The notes under the pieces were generated by a model. That model saw nothing but the letters and a program-made list of their open reading frames with translations. It was not told the DNA's origin and ran no database searches. Shown piece after piece: positions 44,722-54,112 of a stretch of 64,000 nt of DNA. The position numbers and the translations under genes were made by a program. The stretch comes from Gammaproteobacteria bacterium (GTDB taxonomy: Bacteria; Pseudomonadota; Gammaproteobacteria; Pseudomonadales; IMCC2047): assembly GCA_021773395.1 (NCBI GenBank), contig JAJFKB010000015.1:8579-72578 (forward strand). The letters are read 5' to 3'. Position 1 is the stretch's first letter, and each line of letters opens with the position of its first letter.

Positions 44722-46986
44722 CTAATCCGGTATGTTATGCTCTTCAAAAAATCTTGTTAGCTGGTCGGCCAAGTAGTCCTCGTTTGCTTCGGAATTGACC
44801 AGTAGCAGAGGCGTTTCTTTGTTGGCATCGGAGCGTTTCGCTCCTTCCATAAATAGTGCTACGCCATTCGGATCAGAATGTTCACCGATGAGAATGAGCT
44901 TGATTTCATCTTCCTTGATGAGCAGCTCTGCTTTATCAAGGTCGGCGGTTCTGATAATGTCCCATTCACTTTCGGTGAGCGCTTCTTTAATGGCTTCGCC
45001 CAGCGCCGAAGCGTCTTCTGTGACAAGTAGCAGTTTTCCAGCACTGCGCTCGGGTAGGAAGCTCTTAACCGTTTTGGTTAGCTTTTCTTTATCTATCGGC
45101 TTGATCAGATAATCAGACGCGCCCAGTGACAAGCCTAATTCTCGCTCGCTTAGCATGGATTGCATGATGACTGGAATAGCGGAAGTATCCGGATCTTGTT
45201 TTAGCTGTTCCAGTACCTGCCAGCCATCCATTTCTGGCATCAGTACATCGAGCACAATAATTTCAGGATTATATTCTTTGGCTAACTCGATTCCCTTTTT
45301 ACCGGACTCAGCGGTGATGACCGAATAGTTTTTCTTGCTCAGAATGCGTTTTGCCAGCTCACGGGAGGTCGCGTCATCGTCGATTACCAGAATGCATGCG
45401 CTGCCTTTGGATATTGTTTCTGTCTGCCCAGACAGTTGCTGGCCCTCCTTGCTATCCGATTGTGCCAGGGACTGGTTGGGACAGGTAAATGTGAAGCAGG
45501 TGCCGGCGCCCGGTGTGCTTTTGACAGTAATGTCGCCATGCATTAATAGTGCAAATTTCTTGCAGATGGACAACCCCAGTCCTGTGCCGCCAAACTGTCG
45601 TGTGGTAGAGGAGTCAGCCTGGGTGAACTCATCAAAAATTCTGCCCAGTTGTTCCTCCGTCATGCCGATCCCGTTATCAATCACCGACAGGTTGAGCGTA
45701 TCCTCGCTTTCAGTTTGCGTTCTTGCCAGGGTGATTTCAATCACTCCATCACTGGTGAATTTGCAGGCATTGCTTAGCAGGTTGAGTAATATTTGGCGGA
45801 ACTTGGTTACGTCTGTATTAAATTCCGCATTTTCCGCTTCGAAATTGAATTTGATCTGGTTGTTTTGTTTCTCCGCAAGCGGATGCACGGTATGCAATAC
45901 TTCCTCTACGCTGCTTTTCAGGTTGATTCTCTCAAAATAGAGGGTCATTTTTCCCGATTCAATTTTGGAGATATCCAGTACATCGTTGATGAGAGACAGT
46001 AGATGCTTGCCTGCTTCGAGGATTTTGGCTAAATCCGGCTGCAAATCCTGTACTTCGATATCGTCATCTTCTTCAATCTCTTCCATCAGCATTTCACTAT
46101 AGCCAATAATCGCATTCATCGGTGTTCTAAGCTCATGGCTCATGTTGGCTAAAAAGCTACTTTTCGCCAGATTGGCCTCATCAGCACGCTGTTTTTCCTC
46201 CTCCACTTTTTTCATGGTGCTTTGCAGCGTTGCTGCCATCCCGTTAAACGCCTCCGCCAATCCACCGAGTTCATCGTTGCTGAATTTTGGTATCTGATAC
46301 TCCAAATGGCCATGGCTCCATTTGTCCGTTCCCTCAAGTAAAGCGGACAGGGCGCGTTTTGTGTAATGAAACAGGTGGTAGGCCAGTGCGATGGTAAAAA
46401 TCAACGAGCTGAGGAATACGATCAGGGTCACTCGGTTGGTCAGTGATTCTACTTTGTCTATTTCGGTATTCAGTGCCTGTGATTTATCCGTTAATAATTC
46501 CGTGTCTGACTTGAGCGCGTCCACAGCCACATTGAAATCTGAACGGTAACTGCGAATGGGTTTGTGCTCTTCGGTGGCTGTTTTTTCTTTGCCGATAACA
46601 ATAGCTTCTTGCCAGCGGTTGAGTAAATGCTCGGACTCTTTTGTGCCTTGCATTTTCTTCAGTAAATCAGGATCGACTCTTTGTGAGATTTTAACCAGCC
46701 GGGCTTTTTGCCGAGTTATGCTCTCCAATAGGTCAGCACGCTCCTGATCGGTCAATGTGGACTGATTTCGAGTTTCAGCCAAGGCTTCAATGACCAACAG
46801 TTTTTTGTGTATCTTTCTAAGTTGCTGTATGTGAGAGTTGATCATAAATTGAGAGCGAGTAACCGATTGAAGCTGTACAACTATCTCTTTTCGCACCCCG
46901 TTGGACCAGGAGAAAACCAGAATCGAACAAAGAAAGAAAAGCAGTATGATGATGAGTGAAAAGGCTATCCGCTTACTTAGGCTCAT
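44722..46986 (-). CDS. Hybrid sensor histidine kinase (periplasmic helical sensor-HAMP-HisKA-HATPase-REC-degenerate REC)
   Basis: FLANMSHELRTP, NLLSNACKFT, DNGIGM, GGTGLGL, VLDVLMPEMDG; last REC lacks the phospho-Asp. Confidence 0.93.
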   Translation of the reverse strand: MSLSKRIAFSLIIILLFFLCSILVFSWSNGVRKEIVVQLQSVTRSQFMINSHIQQLRKIHKKLLVIEALAETRNQSTLTDQERADLLESITRQKARLVKISQRVDPDLLKKMQGTKESEHLLNRWQEAIVIGKEKTATEEHKPIRSYRSDFNVAVDALKSDTELLTDKSQALNTEIDKVESLTNRVTLIVFLSSLIFTIALAYHLFHYTKRALSALLEGTDKWSHGHLEYQIPKFSNDELGGLAEAFNGMAATLQSTMKKVEEEKQRADEANLAKSSFLANMSHELRTPMNAIIGYSEMLMEEIEEDDDIEVQDLQPDLAKILEAGKHLLSLINDVLDISKIESGKMTLYFERINLKSSVEEVLHTVHPLAEKQNNQIKFNFEAENAEFNTDVTKFRQILLNLLSNACKFTSDGVIEITLARTQTESEDTLNLSVIDNGIGMTEEQLGRIFDEFTQADSSTTRQFGGTGLGLSICKKFALLMHGDITVKSTPGAGTCFTFTCPNQSLAQSDSKEGQQLSGQTETISKGSACILVIDDDATSRELAKRILSKKNYSVITAESGKKGIELAKEYNPEIIVLDVLMPEMDGWQVLEQLKQDPDTSAIPVIMQSMLSERELGLSLGASDYLIKPIDKEKLTKTVKSFLPERSAGKLLLVTEDASALGEAIKEALTESEWDIIRTADLDKAELLIKEDEIKLILIGEHSDPNGVALFMEGAKRSDANKETPLLLVNSEANEDYLADQLTRFFEEHNIPD

Positions 46987-47016
46987 TATTATTATCCTGG
47001 GTAAGAGTCGTTATTA

Positions 47017-47382
47017 TTAATTGTTGAGTAGGATATCTATCTTCATTAGCAGGCGCTTTAAATCAATGGGCTTGGTGTCATAGTCATCGCAACCGGCTTC
47101 CAGCGCCTTGGCGCGATCCGATTCCATGGCGTGTGCTGTAAGCGCAATGATTTTGATAGATTGCGTAGCGACGTTACCCTTAAGTTCCCTGGCAGCCGTC
47201 CAGCCATCCTTTACCGGCAGGCTCATGTCCAATAGTATGATGTCGGGGTTCCATGAGGATGCCTTATCGATACCTTCCTGTCCGTCCACCGCCAGCTCCA
47301 CCTCAAAGCCTTTGCGTTGTAATCTGCGGCTGAGCATGTCTCTATTCATTTCGTTATCTTCTACCACTAAAACTCTAGGCAT
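47017..47382 (-). CDS. Single-domain response regulator (DivK/CheY-like)
   Basis: VVEDN, LLDMSLP, ALTAHAM, TKP. Confidence 0.93.
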   Translation of the reverse strand: MPRVLVVEDNEMNRDMLSRRLQRKGFEVELAVDGQEGIDKASSWNPDIILLDMSLPVKDGWTAARELKGNVATQSIKIIALTAHAMESDRAKALEAGCDDYDTKPIDLKRLLMKIDILLNN

Positions 47383-49366
47383 TGACTTTCCCTCTTAGAT
47401 CATTCTGATTCGGCGTGTGAGTGAGTGATTGAATATGCTTGCGAATAGGCTCCGGGCACGAAGTTATGCTGGCTATATAGTTATAATGCTGCTTCAATCT
47501 GGGCCCTTTCGCCGTAATTTTTGCGTAAATCTGTTCGTTTCCCCATGCAGTATTATCGCTATGAGAAATACTGAGGTTGGTGAAGCGCTGTAATGGTTCG
47601 GAACACCTGAGATGCAGGCTCTGTTGCGATACCGCTGTAATTAAAGCGGATAAGGCATCTTTATCGATAGCTTTGCCGGATAGTTCGGCTAATGAAACTG
47701 GTAATCCCGGATCAATAGGCAACATGCTCTCAGCAGTTTCTTCGAGCGTTATGCAGTAAGGTTCTGCCAAGCCCAGAATATCATGAATCTTGATGGGATC
47801 CTTGACACCCTTGGCGCTGACTTCAGCGGTTTCTCCCAGAACAACCTCAGCACCACAGTCTTGAATTGTGTATTCTGATGCCAGTATCTGGCCGCCGATG
47901 GTAAAGGACTCTATACGGGAAGTCAGATTTACATGATGTCCCACTATGCCATATTTAGAACGGTCAATAGACCCAATATTTCCAACAACAACCTCTCCAG
48001 TATTCAGGCCAATGCCCATTTGGATGGGCGGCAATCCCATTTGCTGGTTTTTAGCATTGACGGTCTTCATGGCGCGTTGCATTTCGATCGCGCATAGCAG
48101 AGCGCGATCAGCATCATCTTCACGTTTTATCGGCGCGCCGAAAATAGCAAGTATTGCATCTCCCAGAAACTCGTCAATGGTTCCTCCATGCTTGAGTAGT
48201 AAAGGGGTCATGACGCCAAAATAATTATTCAATAAGGTAACACAGTCTACCGGATCCAGCGATTGGCTGAGTGCTGTGAAACCGCGAATATCGGTCATCA
48301 TCACAGTGACTTTCTGTTTTCCACCACCCAGCTGAAGGCCATCATCATCTTCGAGAATGGTTTTTACGATATCGTCGGAGAGGTAACGGCCAAATACCTT
48401 GCGGATGAAAGCGTAACTTTTTTCCAGCTCCCCCTGATATTCTTTTTCCTTGTCATGCCAGGCTTTTCGCTCCAGACAGGCTGTCACACGGGCTTTCAGC
48501 AGCATCGGGTTTACCGGCTTGATCAGGATATCGAACGCACCGACTTCAATACAGCGAGCCGCGCCTTCCTTGTCCTGCAGCCCCGTGACAACGATCACGG
48601 GGATCGCGCGCAGTTTTTCATCTTTACGCATTACCTGCAGCACTTCAAAGCCATTCATGTCGCTCATTAATAAGTCGAGTAACACCAGATCAGGGCTCTG
48701 TTCTGCCATCATTTCCAGTGCCTGTCTGCCCGAAGACGCGGTTCTTGTTTGGTGTCCTTGCTTGCGTAGTTGGTGCGATAAAAGGTTTAGATTACTCTCA
48801 TTGTCATCAACGATAAGCAGATTTCCGCTAATGGACTCTTTCGCTTCGCTGTTGTCGCGTTCAAAACTATCAAATACCGCACTTAAATCGCTGGTAAGAC
48901 TCTTGCTCGATTGGCTGGGTGTCGAGTCGGTTGTGGAGAAAACTTGATCCAACTGCAGTAAAATCCGATTTGACTCAGCGATAGTCTGTTCGAGGTAGGT
49001 AATGCCCTCTACGTCATTCGGCGCGACTTCGGTTAAATCTTCCAGGAGCATTTCGGAATAACCTGCGACAACGCCAATAGCATTGCGCAAATCATGGACA
49101 AAGATAGCTCGTTGCTCATCCCGAGTGGCTTGAGACGGGTAGTTCATTTCGCCTTCAAGCATTGCATTGACCAGGTTACGTGTGTCGTAGGATGCCTGTT
49201 CAATACGCATTAAATCGTCGAGACAGTCAAAGTCTTTACGGTCAGCTAAATGTTCCTTGAGTAATTCAGTATGGCCTGCGATGGACAATATTGGCGCTAA
49301 CAACTCTTGTCTTAGGACATCAACTCGGGCGTTTTCAATACGGTTATTTTCAGGTAAATCGGTCAT
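47375..49366 (-). CDS. Class III nucleotidyl cyclase with two N-terminal HisKA-like hairpins and REC (Cya2-like, predicted guanylyl cyclase)
   Basis: QELLAP and HDLRNA H-box-like motifs; REC LLDLLM; TDIRGFT, IDEFLGDAI, GNIGS..RSKYGIVGHHVNLTSRIE. Confidence 0.88.
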   Translation of the reverse strand: MTDLPENNRIENARVDVLRQELLAPILSIAGHTELLKEHLADRKDFDCLDDLMRIEQASYDTRNLVNAMLEGEMNYPSQATRDEQRAIFVHDLRNAIGVVAGYSEMLLEDLTEVAPNDVEGITYLEQTIAESNRILLQLDQVFSTTDSTPSQSSKSLTSDLSAVFDSFERDNSEAKESISGNLLIVDDNESNLNLLSHQLRKQGHQTRTASSGRQALEMMAEQSPDLVLLDLLMSDMNGFEVLQVMRKDEKLRAIPVIVVTGLQDKEGAARCIEVGAFDILIKPVNPMLLKARVTACLERKAWHDKEKEYQGELEKSYAFIRKVFGRYLSDDIVKTILEDDDGLQLGGGKQKVTVMMTDIRGFTALSQSLDPVDCVTLLNNYFGVMTPLLLKHGGTIDEFLGDAILAIFGAPIKREDDADRALLCAIEMQRAMKTVNAKNQQMGLPPIQMGIGLNTGEVVVGNIGSIDRSKYGIVGHHVNLTSRIESFTIGGQILASEYTIQDCGAEVVLGETAEVSAKGVKDPIKIHDILGLAEPYCITLEETAESMLPIDPGLPVSLAELSGKAIDKDALSALITAVSQQSLHLRCSEPLQRFTNLSISHSDNTAWGNEQIYAKITAKGPRLKQHYNYIASITSCPEPIRKHIQSLTHTPNQNDLRGKVNA

Positions 49367-49408
49367 GTTAATTCTATGGGTTGAATTCCTTCAAACCGTC
49401 CAATTGAG

Positions 49409-49735
49409 TTAGATAAAATAGCAGTATGCTAACTTGCAAATTAGATGTAGTGCCTGATCCTGGTGGAAGTTAATCCAGTTTTCACATTTGCTGAAATCAA
49501 TAATGCTGTGTAGCAGGGTTTCGATGGCTCCCAATACAGCGCTACCGGTAACCAGATAGACCGCACCGCCGTGGATCAGGGCATGTGCCAGTAGCCAGTA
49601 ATACCAGGGGGGAAAGCCCTTGCCGCTGGTATTGTGAATGTCCGCATGGCGACTTTTAGCGATCGCCATGACCTGCCTTTGCAAGGCGAAGTCAGATAGG
49701 GCGTGGCCCACGATGAGTTGAAATAGTAAAGCCAT
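49409..49735 (-). CDS. DUF3307 family membrane protein
   Basis: GHALSDFALQ, AHALIH, HSIID..K, DQALH. Confidence 0.85.
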   Translation of the reverse strand: MALLFQLIVGHALSDFALQRQVMAIAKSRHADIHNTSGKGFPPWYYWLLAHALIHGGAVYLVTGSAVLGAIETLLHSIIDFSKCENWINFHQDQALHLICKLAYCYFI

Positions 49736-49991
49736 TCACAATCTCCTGAGTGGCCGGTGGGAAGTGCCACTCTTGAGGTGTTGGTTGTCCGCGTGACTTG
49801 CTATAACAGTAGTATAACGAAAGTCGGAACGAAAGTCGGTATACTGTATTCTTATTCTATAACCGCGCATCATATTTCCTGTTCCGTTGGGGAATGAAGC
49901 GTAAGGATAAGGGTATTTTACATACTAGAGCGACAGAAGCATACCAGCTTGGAATTCAGCGTGTAAATTACACCGATGGGCGGAGGGAGAA

Positions 49992-51146
49992 TTAGTTGGT
50001 AGTGTCAATCAGTTCCGATAATGGTTTTGGGTGACTTATGCCAAAGCTCTGGCAATAGTCGACGCCAATCTCCTGTATTTTCTCTTGAATGGCACTGTTC
50101 TCAACAAACTCCGCGATGGTCTTTTTACCCATTACATGAGCGATTTCGTTAATGGATTTAACTAGCGCAAAATCTGTAGGATTCGTCAATATATCCTGAA
50201 CAAACAAGCCATCAATTTTCAAATGGTCGACGGGAAGGTTTTTAAGGTAGGCAAATGAAGATAATCCACTGCCAAAATCTTCCAGCGAGAAACTGCAGCC
50301 GAGCGTTTTAAAGGTGTTAACGAATGATCGCGCACTGCCGATATTGACGATGGCTGCTGTTTCGGTGATTTCAAAACAAATTTTGTGGGTGGGTAATTCG
50401 CTTTGACGCAGCTCTTCCATTAGAAAAGAAGAGAATCCGGTATCGCAAAGTGACAGCCCGGAAAGGTTGATTGAGCACATTTTCAGTTGTTCCAGGTGGC
50501 TCACATTTTGTTGCAGCATTTTGCAAGTCCTGGAAATGACCCGGCGATCGATTTCACAAGATAAACGATATCGCTCGGCGGCGGGCAGAAAGATCCCTGG
50601 TGCGATGAGATTTCCTTTTTCATCGAGCATTCTAAGCAGTATTTCATAGTGCAGTCCGCCACTACTGCTACGGGTGTCAGTTTCGACAATGGGTTGATAG
50701 TAGAGTTGGAACAGGTCTTGTTCCAATGCTTTTGGTAATCTTGATGCCCACTGTATTTTACCGTGACGTCTAGTGAACTCTTCGTCTAGTTGGCTGTATA
50801 CATGAAGCTTGTTGCCACCCTGTTCCTTTGCCATATAGCACGCGGTATCTGCAGCACTTAATATTTCTGTTACGTTTTGGCATTCCTTGTACACCTCAAC
50901 GAGCCCCGTGCTCACTCCAATACGGAAATTACGTTCCTCCCACTCAAAAGTGAAATTGGAGATGGCGGTTATCAGATCATTAGCAATTCGCTTGGCTTTA
51001 TCCAATGAGCAGTGTTCAATCAATAGACCGAACTCATCGCCGCCAAGCCTTGCAAGCGTATCTCGTGTTCTTATATGAGCTCGCAGCAAGTGGCCGAGTT
51101 CGCGCATTAGCTGGTCACCGGCTACATGGCCGCTGGTATCATTAAT
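49992..51146 (-). pseudogene. 5'-truncated GGDEF-EAL gene
   Basis: Frame begins mid-GGDEF (INDTSGHVAGDQLM) right after an in-frame TAA and lacks DLDxFK; EAL has EDFGSG and QSF in place of DDFG and QGY. Confidence 0.75.
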
Positions 51147-51445
51147 TTATTAACGTTATAGAACAGCTTCCATCCAATACATAAGTCTGCTAATACCTCA
51201 AACGACCCTTGCAAATGGCTATCGATACCGATAAAACGATTGTTGCGGACGTCCAGCTTGGGCTTCACTTAGATTCTGACTGGTTGTTGCAATAGACCCT
51301 GCTAGCCAGCCATTTCTATCTGCAATAGGCTGGTTTTAAGGCCAATGTTTTAAGGAAAAACCGTTAAAGCCGTTTTGCTTTGCTGTTTTTATTGCCATAA
51401 TGCGCGAACATTAATTCCATTATCGGCTAGCCGAAAAATTTATTC

Positions 51446-52330
51446 ATGCCTCCTGTATTAGAAGTCCGTAATCTTAGAAAAGAGTTTAAAGACCTGGTTG
51501 CTGTGAACGGCATCTCTTTCAAAATAGAGCAGGGCATTTGCTTTGGTTTGTTAGGGCCTAACGGCGCCGGGAAAACTACCACAATAGAAATGATCGAAGG
51601 AATAACCGAGCCGACCAGCGGCGAAATCATTTACCGGGGGAAGCCTCGTGACAAAAATTTTAAGCTGCAAGCGGGTATTCAATTTCAATCTACGTCGGTG
51701 ATGGAACGATTATCTTCAGCTGAAATTCTAGAGTTGTTTCATAGTCTCTACCCGAAAACCATACCCATGCAGGAGTTGATCAAACTCTGTGACCTGGAAC
51801 CCCTGTTAGCGATGCGTGCCGATAAACTCTCGGGGGGACAGAAGCAAAGGCTGATGTTTGCGCTGTCATTGGTGAATGACCCGGAGATTGTGTTTTTGGA
51901 TGAACCGACGACTGGACTGGATCCTCAATCAAGAAGAAATCTGTGGAAGCTGGTAGAGCGTATTAAAGGGCAAGGAAAGAATGTCGTGCTAACCACGCAT
52001 TATATGGATGAGGCGGAAATTCTTTGTGACTACCTGGTGATTATTGATCAGGGGAAAATTATTGCTGAAGGCCCACCGAAGGAGTTAATACGGCAGCATT
52101 TCGACTATTTCTATGTGTGCATAGATAAGCATGACTTTCATCCGGCCAGCGGTGATTTTGAAGAACCCATTATCGAGGGTTCGGAGCAGGTTGAGATCCA
52201 AAGCCGATCCGTGGAGGCGACCTTGCAGCATTTGATTAAAAACGGTGTGCAGCTGAATTCTCTGCGAGTACGTAATCCTACTCTGGAAGATCTTTTTCTG
52301 AAACTGACAGGACATAGTTTGCGTGAATAA
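51446..52330 (+). CDS. ABC-2 exporter ATP-binding protein
   Basis: GPNGAGKT, LSGGQ, FLDEPTTGLD, TTHYMDEAE. Confidence 0.95.
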   Translation: MPPVLEVRNLRKEFKDLVAVNGISFKIEQGICFGLLGPNGAGKTTTIEMIEGITEPTSGEIIYRGKPRDKNFKLQAGIQFQSTSVMERLSSAEILELFHSLYPKTIPMQELIKLCDLEPLLAMRADKLSGGQKQRLMFALSLVNDPEIVFLDEPTTGLDPQSRRNLWKLVERIKGQGKNVVLTTHYMDEAEILCDYLVIIDQGKIIAEGPPKELIRQHFDYFYVCIDKHDFHPASGDFEEPIIEGSEQVEIQSRSVEATLQHLIKNGVQLNSLRVRNPTLEDLFLKLTGHSLRE

Positions 52331-53366
52331 AGCCAGTACAAATTTTTTTCAGGTGGTATGGGCTTTATCCGTAGCACGTACTAAGGAATTTTATCGTGAT
52401 CGTACTACCATGGTGTGGGCTTTGGTCTTTCCCATGTGTGTCATTGCGGCAATTAGTATCTCGTTTTCCGATGATCATCAGGAAATTTTTAAAATAGGTG
52501 TTTATCAACAGCAGCCACCGCTGATACTGAATTCGTCAATCCAGCAATTGCTGGCCGAACCCTTTGTGGTGGCCATAGACTATCAGGATTTTGAAAAGGC
52601 ACTGGACAGGATTCGTCACCATCAACTGGATATGCTGATCTCAGCAAAAGAACAGAGCAAATACTGGGTGAATGACACCTCGTTGAAAGGAAGGGCACTT
52701 GAAAGGTTACTACTATCGGCTGGTGCCAGTGAATTCCATCGGGAGAGTGTTAGTGGGCGGCAAATTCGCTATGTTGACTGGGTGATTCCGGGTGTGCTTG
52801 GCATGAACGTTATGTTTGGTGCTTTATTTGGCATCGGCTTTGTTATCGTGCGCTACCGTAAAAACGGTGTGCTGAAACGACTACAGGCAACGCCTATCAC
52901 ACCACTGCATTTTCTTACAGCACAAGTGTTTTCGCGAATGTTGGTGTTGCTGATTGTTGCCATACTGGTTTATTTGGGATGTAATTATTTTTTAAATTTT
53001 CTGATGCTTGGCAATTACTTTACGCTGATTCTGGTAGCTGTTTTAGGTATTTTTTCAATCATTTCACTGGCACTGATTGTAGCCAGTAGAATTGCCAGCG
53101 AAGAGCTAGCCAACGGGCTGCTTAATTTCATATCTTTTCCTATGATGCTGCTATCAGAAGTCTGGTTTTCCCTGGATGAAGCTCCAGACTGGTTAGTCAG
53201 TATTTCGAATCTGTTGCCTCTCACGCATATGGTCAAGGCGGCGCGCGAAATTATGATTAACGGCGCAGGTATCGGCGCGATCAGTCATCATTTGTGGATT
53301 TTGGCGGGTATGAGCGTGGTGTTCCTGGGTATAGCGGCAATTTTTTTCAGGTGGAATGAAAAGTAG
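52323..53366 (+). CDS. ABC-2 type permease
   Basis: YVDWVIPG, YRKNGVLKRL, LPLTH; overlaps the ATPase. Confidence 0.92.
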   Translation: MNKASTNFFQVVWALSVARTKEFYRDRTTMVWALVFPMCVIAAISISFSDDHQEIFKIGVYQQQPPLILNSSIQQLLAEPFVVAIDYQDFEKALDRIRHHQLDMLISAKEQSKYWVNDTSLKGRALERLLLSAGASEFHRESVSGRQIRYVDWVIPGVLGMNVMFGALFGIGFVIVRYRKNGVLKRLQATPITPLHFLTAQVFSRMLVLLIVAILVYLGCNYFLNFLMLGNYFTLILVAVLGIFSIISLALIVASRIASEELANGLLNFISFPMMLLSEVWFSLDEAPDWLVSISNLLPLTHMVKAAREIMINGAGIGAISHHLWILAGMSVVFLGIAAIFFRWNEK

Positions 53367-53378
53367 CGGGGTAAACCA

Positions 53379-54011
53379 ATGGAAGCGAAGTTTTGGCACG
53401 AACGGTGGTCTGAAAAGGAGATCGGCTTTCACCAGGCGGAAATAAATAGGTATCTGCGAGACTATTGGGGCAGATTAAATGTCGCGCAGGGAGAGACTGT
53501 ACTGGTTCCTCTGTGTGGTAAGTCACAGGATATGGTCTGGTTGGCGCAACAGGGATATTCTGTGATCGGTGTCGAGTTGAGTGAAATCGCAGCACAGGAG
53601 TTTTTCGAGGAGTTAGGCATTGACGCGGATGTCGAGCAAAGAGGTGCTTTCAAATGTTATTCTGCGCATGATATTGAAATATGGGTGGGTGATTTTTTTG
53701 CTTTAAAAACGGCGGATCTGGAGGCTGTGGTGGCCGTCTATGATCGTGCGTCACTGGTTGCTTTGCCACCGGAGATGCGGCGCCGTTACGTGGCTTTGTT
53801 AGAACGCATATTGCCGGCAGGAATAAAAACCCTACTGGTGACCTTCGAATATGAATCTGGTGCCGCTGAAGGGCCACCCTTTTCAATACCGCAAACGGCA
53901 GTGACTGAACTGTTTTCGCCGCACGCCAATATTGAACTATTGGACAGCCAGGATTTCGATCTGCGTGGTGTGGCCGCGACTGAGCACGCATTTTTCCTGA
54001 CCTATCGGTAA
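53379..54011 (+). CDS. tpm: Thiopurine S-methyltransferase
   Basis: FWHERW..IGFH, VPLCGKS, GVELS, GDFF, YDRA, GPPFS. Confidence 0.93.
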   Translation: MEAKFWHERWSEKEIGFHQAEINRYLRDYWGRLNVAQGETVLVPLCGKSQDMVWLAQQGYSVIGVELSEIAAQEFFEELGIDADVEQRGAFKCYSAHDIEIWVGDFFALKTADLEAVVAVYDRASLVALPPEMRRRYVALLERILPAGIKTLLVTFEYESGAAEGPPFSIPQTAVTELFSPHANIELLDSQDFDLRGVAATEHAFFLTYR

Positions 54012-54112
54012 TGATCAGGTAAGTACATTATTGTAAGCCGAATGCAGATTCCGGCTCTCTCCTTCGGGATGACAGGGGTTATATGTCGCCCATAATCATT
54101 GATTGTATTTAG

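Noticed and set aside
45335-45940. 201-aa antisense ORF and other overlapping ORFs in the track
   Set aside because: Shadow frames of well-supported genes with no independent motifs
41810-49366. Canonical Pycsar defence system (PycC + PycTM)
   Set aside because: The cyclase is not adjacent, is on the opposite strand, is REC-fused and has purine (Cya2-like) specificity residues; kept only as a speculative link
54036-54075. REP element (GATTCCGG..CGGGATGAC) or terminator after tpm
   Set aside because: Only a half-site and a weak hairpin, no second copy in the window and no U-tract
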